A stretch of DNA of 64,000 nucleotides from Methanocaldococcus sp. 16A (GTDB lineage Archaea; AGJL01; Methanococci; Methanococcales; Methanocaldococcaceae), in NCBI GenBank assembly GCA_049860595.1, contig CP187551.1. One strand, 5' to 3'. How positions within the stretch are numbered: position 1 is the stretch's first letter; each line of letters begins with the position of its first letter. A program made the translations under genes and the position numbers. Positions 11,279 to 19,714 of this stretch are shown in pieces. The notes under the pieces were generated by a model. That model saw nothing but the letters and a program-made list of their open reading frames with translations. It had not been told where the DNA came from and did no database searches.

Positions 11279-12946
11279 TTAACCTTTGCATTCTAATTCT
11301 TCCCTCATAAATCTTGCGTTACTTCTCTTTATAAATTCTTCACAAACTTCTTCTGGATTACCTTCCATAATTAATCTGTTCTCATCTAATAATATAGCTC
11401 TATCACTGATCTCCTTAATAAACTCTACACAGTGTGAAACTAAAACTATTGTAGTTCCAAATCTCTCATTGATTATTTTTAAATAGTTAGCAACATCTCT
11501 CAAAGTTATTGGGTCTAAGTCACCAAAAGGTTCATCTAAAAACAATATTTTTGGCTTTGTTATTAATTGTAAAGCCATAGCTACTCTAACCTTTTGTCCT
11601 CCACTTAACTCAATAACTCTCTTCTTTAAAATGTCTTTTCCTAAATCTAAAGCCTCTAAAATTTCTTCTGGCTCAAAGCTCTCAACTATTGGTGGGAATA
11701 GCTTATAGATAATATCTTCTGTCAATCCCATCTTTTGCAGTTTTGAAATTCTCTCTGACTCTGGCACATCTATTAATTGGTAGATAGCATCAACAATCTT
11801 TGGAGATAAACCAAGTTCTTCAGCCTTTGCCTTTGCATGAGCAATAGCTTTCTCTCCTTTAAGTCCCAACCTATATTTTAATAGATTTTCAACTGTTTGA
11901 TAGTATGGGAGAGAAAATTCTTGATGCATAATTCCAATTCTCTTTCTAAGCTCTACTCTCTCCCATCCATAGTTGGTTATATCAATTCCATCAACAATTA
12001 TTTTTCCTTCATTTGGCAACTCTAAACCAGCCATTAATCTCATAATTACTGTTTTACCAACTCCACTCGGTCCAATAATTGATAAAATCTCTCCCTCTTT
12101 AACATCAAATGAGACCTTTTTTAAATTTAATGTTTCTCCTCCATGAACAACATAATATCTCTTAGCAACATTTCTAACCTTTATTATTGCGTTATCTTTT
12201 ATTTTTGGTGTTCTTTTATAAGGAGGTTTCATCTCTTTTAAGAATTCATTTAAGACAGTTTCAACATCTCCATCCATCTTTACTTTACCATTTTCTAATA
12301 AAATCAATCTATCACAAAGATATCTATGTATTTCTGGTAGATGAGATGTTATTATTACAGTTATGCCTAATTTATCCCTAATGTTTTTAATCACATCTAA
12401 AAGCTTTTGTTTTGAAGCTGGACAAGCCATTGTTGCTGGCTCATCTAATAATAAAACTCCCTCTCCTTTTTCATAAATTTTAGCTATCTGCCTTCCTAGA
12501 ATTAATCTCTGTTTTTCCCCACCACTCAATATATTTGCAAATGCATCTTTTTTATGCTCCAAACCAACTAATTTTAATATCTCTAATGCATCTTTCTCAT
12601 AGTCTTCCCACTCTTCTTCCATTGGTAATAACTCATCAGATTTGTTTCTTATTGCATAGAGTTTTCTAATTATGTTGTTTATCACTGGCTCTGCCCATAG
12701 TGCAAAGTTTCTCTGTAAATGTATTGCAGTAATCTCTTTAAAATTATCTTTTCTACCTAAAATCTCAACTTCTCCTTCATCGTAATCTAAGCTACCTCTC
12801 AAAATTCTTATAAGTGTTGATTTTCCAGCTCCACTCTTTCCAACAATTCCTAAAATCTCTCCTTTCTTAGCTTCAAATGAAACATTATCCAATGCTTTAA
12901 AATCACCATATTTTTTTGTTAGATTTTTTACTTTAACTGTAATCAT
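11279..12946 (-). CDS. ABC-type ATPase with two NBDs (AtwA/component A2-like)
   Basis: Two Walker A motifs (GKSGAGKS, GPSGVGKT) and two LSGG signatures, no TM segments. ATG at 12946 follows a GGTGA RBS. Confidence 0.85.
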   Translation of the reverse strand: MITVKVKNLTKKYGDFKALDNVSFEAKKGEILGIVGKSGAGKSTLIRILRGSLDYDEGEVEILGRKDNFKEITAIHLQRNFALWAEPVINNIIRKLYAIRNKSDELLPMEEEWEDYEKDALEILKLVGLEHKKDAFANILSGGEKQRLILGRQIAKIYEKGEGVLLLDEPATMACPASKQKLLDVIKNIRDKLGITVIITSHLPEIHRYLCDRLILLENGKVKMDGDVETVLNEFLKEMKPPYKRTPKIKDNAIIKVRNVAKRYYVVHGGETLNLKKVSFDVKEGEILSIIGPSGVGKTVIMRLMAGLELPNEGKIIVDGIDITNYGWERVELRKRIGIMHQEFSLPYYQTVENLLKYRLGLKGEKAIAHAKAKAEELGLSPKIVDAIYQLIDVPESERISKLQKMGLTEDIIYKLFPPIVESFEPEEILEALDLGKDILKKRVIELSGGQKVRVAMALQLITKPKILFLDEPFGDLDPITLRDVANYLKIINERFGTTIVLVSHCVEFIKEISDRAILLDENRLIMEGNPEEVCEEFIKRSNARFMREELECKG

Positions 12947-13027
12947 ACTCTCACCAGTAGTCAAATAGGTGGTTAAATTATAAATATCCTAATAGCTTAT
13001 AAACTTAGCAAAAGTTTTAGGTTTTAG

Positions 13028-13642
13028 GTGGTAATTATCATTGGTGGCATAATTTTATCTGGTGGTAAAGGGAAAAGAATTGGAGGTAAAAAGCCATTTA
13101 AAGTTTTTAATGGAAAATATCTTATAAATTATCCATCAGATATTTTAAAGACTCTAAATATTCCTTTTGTTACTGTTTTTGCAAAAAATTCTATTGATTT
13201 ATATATGGAGAGGGAATATTTAATTAAATACAAATGCTTAATATCATTTGACTTGATTGAAAATAAAGGGCCATTAATGGGCATTTTGTGTGGGATGAGG
13301 GCTTTAAATGCTAAGTGGTTTATTGTTTTGCCGTGTGATTGCCCTTATGTAACAAAAGAAGCTTTAGAAAAGTTAATGTCTTATATTGAAATAGCTGAAA
13401 GAAACAACAATCTCTGTATAATTCCAAAACATGAAAATGGATATATAGAGCCATTATTTGCCTTGTATAAGAGAGATTCCCTACATATTTTAAATAAAAT
13501 TATTATGGAAGATAAAAACTTATCGATTAGATATTTTATATCCCACCTAAACCCCTTATATATAAAAGCTGAAGAGTTAGATAAAACTAAAAAAATCTTT
13601 AAAAACATAAATACAATAGAAGAGTTGATGAACAATGAATAA
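13028..13642 (+). CDS. mobA: molybdenum cofactor guanylyltransferase
   Basis: ILSGGKGKRIG, GPLMG, PCDCP, EPLFALY, NINT. Confidence 0.9.
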   Translation: MVIIIGGIILSGGKGKRIGGKKPFKVFNGKYLINYPSDILKTLNIPFVTVFAKNSIDLYMEREYLIKYKCLISFDLIENKGPLMGILCGMRALNAKWFIVLPCDCPYVTKEALEKLMSYIEIAERNNNLCIIPKHENGYIEPLFALYKRDSLHILNKIIMEDKNLSIRYFISHLNPLYIKAEELDKTKKIFKNINTIEELMNNE

Positions 13643-14330
13643 ATTAAGATTAAAGAATGAAAAGGAGGTTAAAATAAACTTTGGAAAATACTGCCTTGTA
13701 GGATTTTCTTGTGATAATAAGAACAGCATTAACAATTTATTTAACTTAGCATTATCAAAAATCAGATATAGAAAGGCTATTTTAGAATACAACTTCAACT
13801 TATCAGAAGTTAGAGATAATGGTAAATACAAGAAGATTTCTAAGAAAATAAAAGAAAACGATATCTATTTTTTAGAACTCATAGATAAAATAAAGAAAGA
13901 TTTTAAAGATTTCTGCTCTTTAGATGCTGGAACCTTATTTGAGCTGTTTGTGTATTATATGCTTATGGAGTTTTTTGATGAAAATGGCATAGATGCAAGG
14001 GTTGTTAGAAATCTAAACGTTAGCTACAAAGGAGAGGCTTTTACAGAAATAGATTTATTTGTTGATGTTTTTAATAAAAAATTTATCTTTGAATGCAAAA
14101 ACAGATATATAAGCTCAAATGCTATTCTAAAACTCTATGGGATTATGAAAATGTTAGATATAAACTTTGGTATCTTAGCATCTACAAAAGAGTTTTATGG
14201 AAATATAAAGAAAGAGGACATCTTTGAGGAATACAACATTTATATCATTGACAATCTTTTAATAAAAGAGAAAAATAAGATTTTTAAAGAGTTAAAAGAG
14301 ATTTTTGAAATAAATCAATTTCAAAAATAA
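13635..14330 (+). CDS. restriction-endonuclease-like PD-(D/E)XK protein
   Basis: GTLFELFV...EIDLFV...IFECK catalytic pattern. Confidence 0.7.
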   Translation: MNKLRLKNEKEVKINFGKYCLVGFSCDNKNSINNLFNLALSKIRYRKAILEYNFNLSEVRDNGKYKKISKKIKENDIYFLELIDKIKKDFKDFCSLDAGTLFELFVYYMLMEFFDENGIDARVVRNLNVSYKGEAFTEIDLFVDVFNKKFIFECKNRYISSNAILKLYGIMKMLDINFGILASTKEFYGNIKKEDIFEEYNIYIIDNLLIKEKNKIFKELKEIFEINQFQK

Positions 14331-14356
14331 ATTTCTAATTAAATTTACTAAGTATT

Positions 14357-15745
14357 TTAGTTAGTTAGTGCCTGCAATGGTGCTGGAATTCTCCCACCTC
14401 TCTTAATAAACTTCTCAGATGAATATTTATTAACTTTCATGATTGATGCTTTTCCTAACAAACCTCCATAATCTACCTCTTCTCCCTCTTTTTTACCTGG
14501 AACTGGAATGATTCTTACAGCAGTAGTTTTATTGTTTATAACACCAATAGCCATTTCATCTGCTATTATTGCAGAAATTGTTGATGCAGGAGTATCTCCT
14601 GGAATAGCAACCATATCTATCCCTACTGAGCAAACGCAAGTCATTGCCTCTAATTTTTCTAAACTTAGAGCTCCTGCTTTTACAGCCTCAACCATTCCAC
14701 TATCTTCACTTACTGGGATGAACGCTCCACTCAATCCTCCAACATAAGATGTAGCCATTGCCCCTCCTTTTTTAACAGCATCATTTAATAAAGCCAATGC
14801 AGCTGTTGAACCATGTGTTCCACACTTCTCTAAGCCCATTGCTTCTAAGATGTTGGCTATACTATCCCCTCTTGCAGGAGTTGGAGCTAATGATAAATCT
14901 ACAACCCCAAACTTAACTCCTAACTCCTTAGAAACTTCTCTACCAATCAATTCTCCAACTCTGGTTATTTTAAATGCCACTTTTTTAATTTCATTTGCTA
15001 AAGTTCCAAAATCTGCATCTGGTAGTTTTTCAACAACCGCCCTAACAACGCCAGGACCTGAAACTCCAACATTTATAACCTTATCACCTTCACCAACTCC
15101 ATGGAATGCCCCAGCCATGAATGGGTTGTCTTCAGGAGCGTTGGCAAAAACTACAAGCTTAGCACAGCCTATTGCGTTTTCTGTTCTAAATGCAGTCTCT
15201 TTAATAATCTCTCCCATTCTTTTAACTGCATCCATATTAATTCCAGTTTTTGTTGATGCAACATTTACGGAGGAGCAAACTCTCTCTGTCTTCTCCATCA
15301 TAAATGGGATAGAGTCAATTAAAGCTATATCCTCTTTTGTTGCATCCTTATGGACTAAAGCTGAATATCCTCCTAAAAAATCCACTTTAACTTTCTTAGC
15401 AGCTTTATCTAAAATCTCTCCAACCTCAACACAAGCTTTTATCTTTTCTTCTTTATCTAAATCTCTTATAGCCCCTCCAATAACTAATGATATTGGAGTT
15501 ACAGCAATTCTTTTATTTACTATTGGGATTCCATATTTTTCTGAAATTTTATTGGCAGTTTCTACCAAATTTTCAGCTGAAGATGTTATTTTGTTGTATA
15601 TGTTTTCTTTCAACTCATCTAAATCTTTTGAAACACAATCCCTTAAACTAATTCCCATTGTTACAGTCCTTAAATCTAAGTTTTCCATCTTAATCATTTT
15701 AATTGTTTCTATGATTTCTTCTGGTCTAAACATGTTTATCCCCAT
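14357..15745 (-). CDS. UPF0210/DUF711 (PFL-like) protein
   Basis: [33 protein letters not shown]. Confidence 0.9.
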   Translation of the reverse strand: MGINMFRPEEIIETIKMIKMENLDLRTVTMGISLRDCVSKDLDELKENIYNKITSSAENLVETANKISEKYGIPIVNKRIAVTPISLVIGGAIRDLDKEEKIKACVEVGEILDKAAKKVKVDFLGGYSALVHKDATKEDIALIDSIPFMMEKTERVCSSVNVASTKTGINMDAVKRMGEIIKETAFRTENAIGCAKLVVFANAPEDNPFMAGAFHGVGEGDKVINVGVSGPGVVRAVVEKLPDADFGTLANEIKKVAFKITRVGELIGREVSKELGVKFGVVDLSLAPTPARGDSIANILEAMGLEKCGTHGSTAALALLNDAVKKGGAMATSYVGGLSGAFIPVSEDSGMVEAVKAGALSLEKLEAMTCVCSVGIDMVAIPGDTPASTISAIIADEMAIGVINNKTTAVRIIPVPGKKEGEEVDYGGLLGKASIMKVNKYSSEKFIKRGGRIPAPLQALTN

Positions 15746-15801
15746 AAAATTTTTAGTATTTGTTATTATAGTTAGTGAAAAGGTGAAATATAATATTTTA
15801 A

Positions 15802-18774
15802 TTATGAATATATATCAATTTTTTTAAATATATTTTCAATTCCGTCAAACCAATATTTTTTATAACCTTTAGAGAGTTTATTTATATCATCAGTATATAA
15901 ATAGAGGAGGACCTTAATTTTGAAATCATTAAATTTAAATTCCTTTGGAGAATCTATAGATCCAAAAAATTTTTCAAACCAATCTACTCTATGTTCAAAT
16001 TCTGTATGTTTTATACCTTTTGGATCTACGAAAACAATGAAGTAATCTTTTCCTTTGTTAATCCAAAATATGAAATCTGGTTTGAATTTTCTCATTTTGT
16101 TTTTATCTGAATCATAGTAAGGAATATAAATTTCATCCAAATGTTCATCTATCTTGCTGAACATCCACCAATTAATATTTATCCTATTTTTATTTTTCTC
16201 AAGGAATGCTTCTAAATCCTTTATGAATTTTACCTCACTTTGTGTTTTTATTATATGTTTAATATAATCTACCTTTTCTTTTTCTGAAAGTATAAGTGGG
16301 ATGTAATAATGATTTACTATGTTTTTTATTTTTAAATCTTTGAAAGTTTCTTCTTTCGGTTGTTTTGCTAACTTTTCTATCTCTGATGTGTATTCATCTA
16401 TAGATATTTTTCCACTTTCAAGCATTGATTTTAATTCTTTTTTCCTAGCCTCAAGATCCTTAAACTTAGAAACTTTATTTATTTTTTCTTTCAGTTCATT
16501 AATCTCTTCTTCAGATTTTAACATTACTTTAATCTTTTTAAAGTGTATTATTTCATCTTCTAATGGTTTGAATTTATCCAATTCTTCAATATTAAGATTG
16601 AAGTGAGCAATCAATTTTTGCACAGCAATGTTTAATGGAATGACTTTATCTTCATTAACTATCTTATAATACTTTTCTTTATCTTTAAAACTTTTTCTTA
16701 TTTGATTAAGAAGCTCAGGAGACACGTTATTTTGCATTATAAGAATTCTATCATCAATAGAGGTAAAATACTCCTTGAGGATATTAAAGAGTGAATCTGA
16801 AATTAGGAATTTTTGTGGCTCTCTTTCTTGATATATTTTATTTTCTGATGGTTTAAAGGTAGGAATTAATAGAGTATATTTATTTGCTTTTTCATTTTTT
16901 GTTAATTCAATTGTTTCTTCAATTCCTTTTTCTATTTTTAATGTTTCCATAACGTCATTTAGTGCTTTTCTATTTGTTCCAAAAATATAAAGTGTTTCTA
17001 TTGGAAATACCTTATCTTCTCCTCCAATTTTTTCAAATAATCCATTATCTTCTCCTTTATTGTATAAAATTTTTAATCTTCTTCTTTTACCTTTAATTGG
17101 CTCTATTCTCACACCTCTACCAACAGATTGTATAACAAATTTTCTTGCATCTTTTCCAACACCTATGTTTATGAAAAGAATAATATTTGGTCTGTTAGAA
17201 TCCCATCCTTCATAGAAAGCTCTTGAACCCATTAAAATACTTATATCTTCTCTCTCATCAAGATTTTCAAAAATACTACTATTATTTTCATAACTTTCTA
17301 CAATTTCATAACCTTTAAGATTATCTTTTATCCATTTTATTGCATCTCCAATTTTAATTAAAGCAAAGGGTTTATCGCTTGTTTTTAATTTGAATATAAC
17401 CTCTTGTCTCTTCCCAGGAATAAGTATTGCTTCTACACTTCCATGAGTTTCAGCATTGTAAATATATTTTAAAATATCCATAATCTTTATATTTTTGATT
17501 AAATTTACATCTACTTTAATAGAGATTTTTTCATATATTAGTTCAAGATTTTCTGAAAATTCTTTAAGTAATTCCTCTTTAGCCTTTTCAAAAATCTCCT
17601 CTTTTATATCTCCTTTTCCAATTCTTTCTATTTCTTCAAAGAATAATGTTAAATCAGGTTTATCTTTTTTAACGTCTGTTAAATTTACAGAATTAACTAA
17701 AGTTAGCAATAGAGGTTCATGATAAACATTTCCAGCAATTTCTTTTATATTTTCTCTAATTTTTTTGAGATACGTTAATAAAATTAATGCTTTTAAAACG
17801 ATTTTTTGTTTTTCTTCTCTATTGTAATCTTCTTTTTCTTTAAAAGCTCTCATTTCTTGCCTAAGCAAATAAATGTGTTTTCCATAACCTTCTGAAATAA
17901 ACCTTTCTAAGTTAAAGTTATAGGCAGTAGTTATAATATCTCTTGGATCAGTAAAGGTTGCTGAAAAGTTGAATAAAAATCCATTCCTTGACATAATAGA
18001 ATAATACCACTGTCTTTTTGATTCCTCTTTATCTCCTTTATGTGCTTCGTCAAGAATTATATACCAATTACCATTGTTTTCATAGTTTTTGAAATCAATT
18101 AATTTCTCTTTTTGCTCATCACTTATTAAGTCAGATCTATAGTAAAAAACTGTTATTCCATCGGAATATGACGTTAAACTCTCTCTTTTTATTCTATCAT
18201 ATTCGGTTAATTCAAAAAGGTTTATTTTAAAGCCTCTTTCTGTTACTAATTCATTAAATTCATCAACATGTTTTTTTAGTTGCTTTATTAAATCATCCCT
18301 ATGTGTAAGTATTAATATATCCTTCTTTGGAATTTCTCCAAGTTCCATTAATTTTTTCAAAACTTCAACAAGTTTTACAATTAATAATGTTTTACCACTC
18401 CCCGTAGCCATCCAAAAAGCAGACCTGTTTATCATATTGTAGAATTTTATTCTATCTTCTTCAATTGGATAGTATTGAGTAATAGTGTTTTGAATATCTT
18501 TTTTTATTTTTGAAAGTTTTATATCCAATTCTTTTTCTAAATCTTTATCTAAACCATTAAATTGGTATCTTTTATAGAATTCTCTTTTATCTGCTTTATT
18601 TTCTTTGAAGTAAAGATATAAAACCTTAATAGCATTTTTTAAAGCTTCTTGTTGGAAGTCCCATAATTTTTTAGTTTTTGAAAATCTTACAGTATCTAAC
18701 ATATTCCAAGTGCTTGGCAAGTCATCAAAATTAATATCTTCAACCATTGATTGGAGTATTGGATAAATTTTCAC
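15802..18774 (-). CDS. res: type III restriction enzyme Res subunit (SF2 helicase-like ATPase + PD-(D/E)XK nuclease)
   Basis: [30 protein letters not shown]-terminal KPDFIFW...VDPKG; downstream of a mod gene. Confidence 0.9.
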   Translation of the reverse strand: MKIYPILQSMVEDINFDDLPSTWNMLDTVRFSKTKKLWDFQQEALKNAIKVLYLYFKENKADKREFYKRYQFNGLDKDLEKELDIKLSKIKKDIQNTITQYYPIEEDRIKFYNMINRSAFWMATGSGKTLLIVKLVEVLKKLMELGEIPKKDILILTHRDDLIKQLKKHVDEFNELVTERGFKINLFELTEYDRIKRESLTSYSDGITVFYYRSDLISDEQKEKLIDFKNYENNGNWYIILDEAHKGDKEESKRQWYYSIMSRNGFLFNFSATFTDPRDIITTAYNFNLERFISEGYGKHIYLLRQEMRAFKEKEDYNREEKQKIVLKALILLTYLKKIRENIKEIAGNVYHEPLLLTLVNSVNLTDVKKDKPDLTLFFEEIERIGKGDIKEEIFEKAKEELLKEFSENLELIYEKISIKVDVNLIKNIKIMDILKYIYNAETHGSVEAILIPGKRQEVIFKLKTSDKPFALIKIGDAIKWIKDNLKGYEIVESYENNSSIFENLDEREDISILMGSRAFYEGWDSNRPNIILFINIGVGKDARKFVIQSVGRGVRIEPIKGKRRRLKILYNKGEDNGLFEKIGGEDKVFPIETLYIFGTNRKALNDVMETLKIEKGIEETIELTKNEKANKYTLLIPTFKPSENKIYQEREPQKFLISDSLFNILKEYFTSIDDRILIMQNNVSPELLNQIRKSFKDKEKYYKIVNEDKVIPLNIAVQKLIAHFNLNIEELDKFKPLEDEIIHFKKIKVMLKSEEEINELKEKINKVSKFKDLEARKKELKSMLESGKISIDEYTSEIEKLAKQPKEETFKDLKIKNIVNHYYIPLILSEKEKVDYIKHIIKTQSEVKFIKDLEAFLEKNKNRININWWMFSKIDEHLDEIYIPYYDSDKNKMRKFKPDFIFWINKGKDYFIVFVDPKGIKHTEFEHRVDWFEKFFGSIDSPKEFKFNDFKIKVLLYLYTDDINKLSKGYKKYWFDGIENIFKKIDIYS

Positions 18775-18777
18775 TAT

Positions 18778-19713
18778 TTACCACCATTTACATCTATAGT
18801 TTATCCCTATTGTTTTTGCATTTATGCTATTTAAATTTAAAAATTCTTTTAATTTATCTTTACTTATAGGTTTATGATTCAAATAAATGTTATTAGAGCT
18901 TTCAGGACCCTCTCCATCAAATTCTAATAAAAAGTATCCTAAATATTCATAAGGAACTTCACTTTTTGGATTTTTAACTTTTTTATCATCAGGTAATGAT
19001 TGATTTATATTATTTGCAGTGTAAAAAATATCATTAATTTTATCTATTAATTTAGATTCTGCAGGATTTGGCTTATAATCTCCATTACTCTCACATCTTT
19101 CCTCTATTAATATAAAATAACCCGTGCAATAATTAATAAAAATCCAGTTAATATTTTTCATTCTATTATGATTACATAAATTTAGTATTTTAGAACCTCT
19201 CCACTGTGACCTCTCTTCATGGGTTCCAGATTTTCGAGAACTCTTACAATCGTATAATCCCTCAATATGATTACTAATTATGAAAGAAAACCAATCTTTT
19301 TTATGTATTTTGCATAATCCTGTAAAATTACTACAAATTAGATTTATTAGTGCATTTTTATCAATCTGCAGATTATTTCCATCTAAATCTAAAGTATAAC
19401 TCCATTTTCTTTCTTTCTGTTTTAATTTTGGATTTATGTATATTTCATTATCACTTAGGTAATATATTAGATAACTACCACAATACTTGCATTTATTTTG
19501 CAAATTTAAAAATTCATCTAACATTTTAAAACAAATCGCCTGTGCAACTCTAACAGTAGCTTTTGAGCTGTTTTTTTCTTCTATCAATATAAACGAACTT
19601 AAAGAATCATCAAATATAACTACATCAATGTCTTGAGTAATTAATCCCTTCCATGATGCTAATAAATTATTTCTCATCCACTTAGAAAATTCACTTGGTG
19701 CTGACTTACCCAC
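18778..19713 (-). CDS. uncharacterised protein with two tandem PD-(D/E)XK-like repeats, inside the RM operon
   Basis: Repeat 1: QDIDVVIFD..SSFILIEEK...KYCGSYLI..NEIYIN. Repeat 2: KNINWIFIN..GYFILIEER...EYLGYFLL..NNIYLN. Starts 1 nt after the mod stop and ends 3 nt before the res start. Confidence 0.7.
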   Translation of the reverse strand: MGKSAPSEFSKWMRNNLLASWKGLITQDIDVVIFDDSLSSFILIEEKNSSKATVRVAQAICFKMLDEFLNLQNKCKYCGSYLIYYLSDNEIYINPKLKQKERKWSYTLDLDGNNLQIDKNALINLICSNFTGLCKIHKKDWFSFIISNHIEGLYDCKSSRKSGTHEERSQWRGSKILNLCNHNRMKNINWIFINYCTGYFILIEERCESNGDYKPNPAESKLIDKINDIFYTANNINQSLPDDKKVKNPKSEVPYEYLGYFLLEFDGEGPESSNNIYLNHKPISKDKLKEFLNLNSINAKTIGINYRCKWW

Positions 19714-19714
19714 A

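Noticed and set aside
14850-15827. 325 aa plus-strand ORF
   Set aside because: Antisense shadow of the well-supported UPF0210 gene; no motifs.
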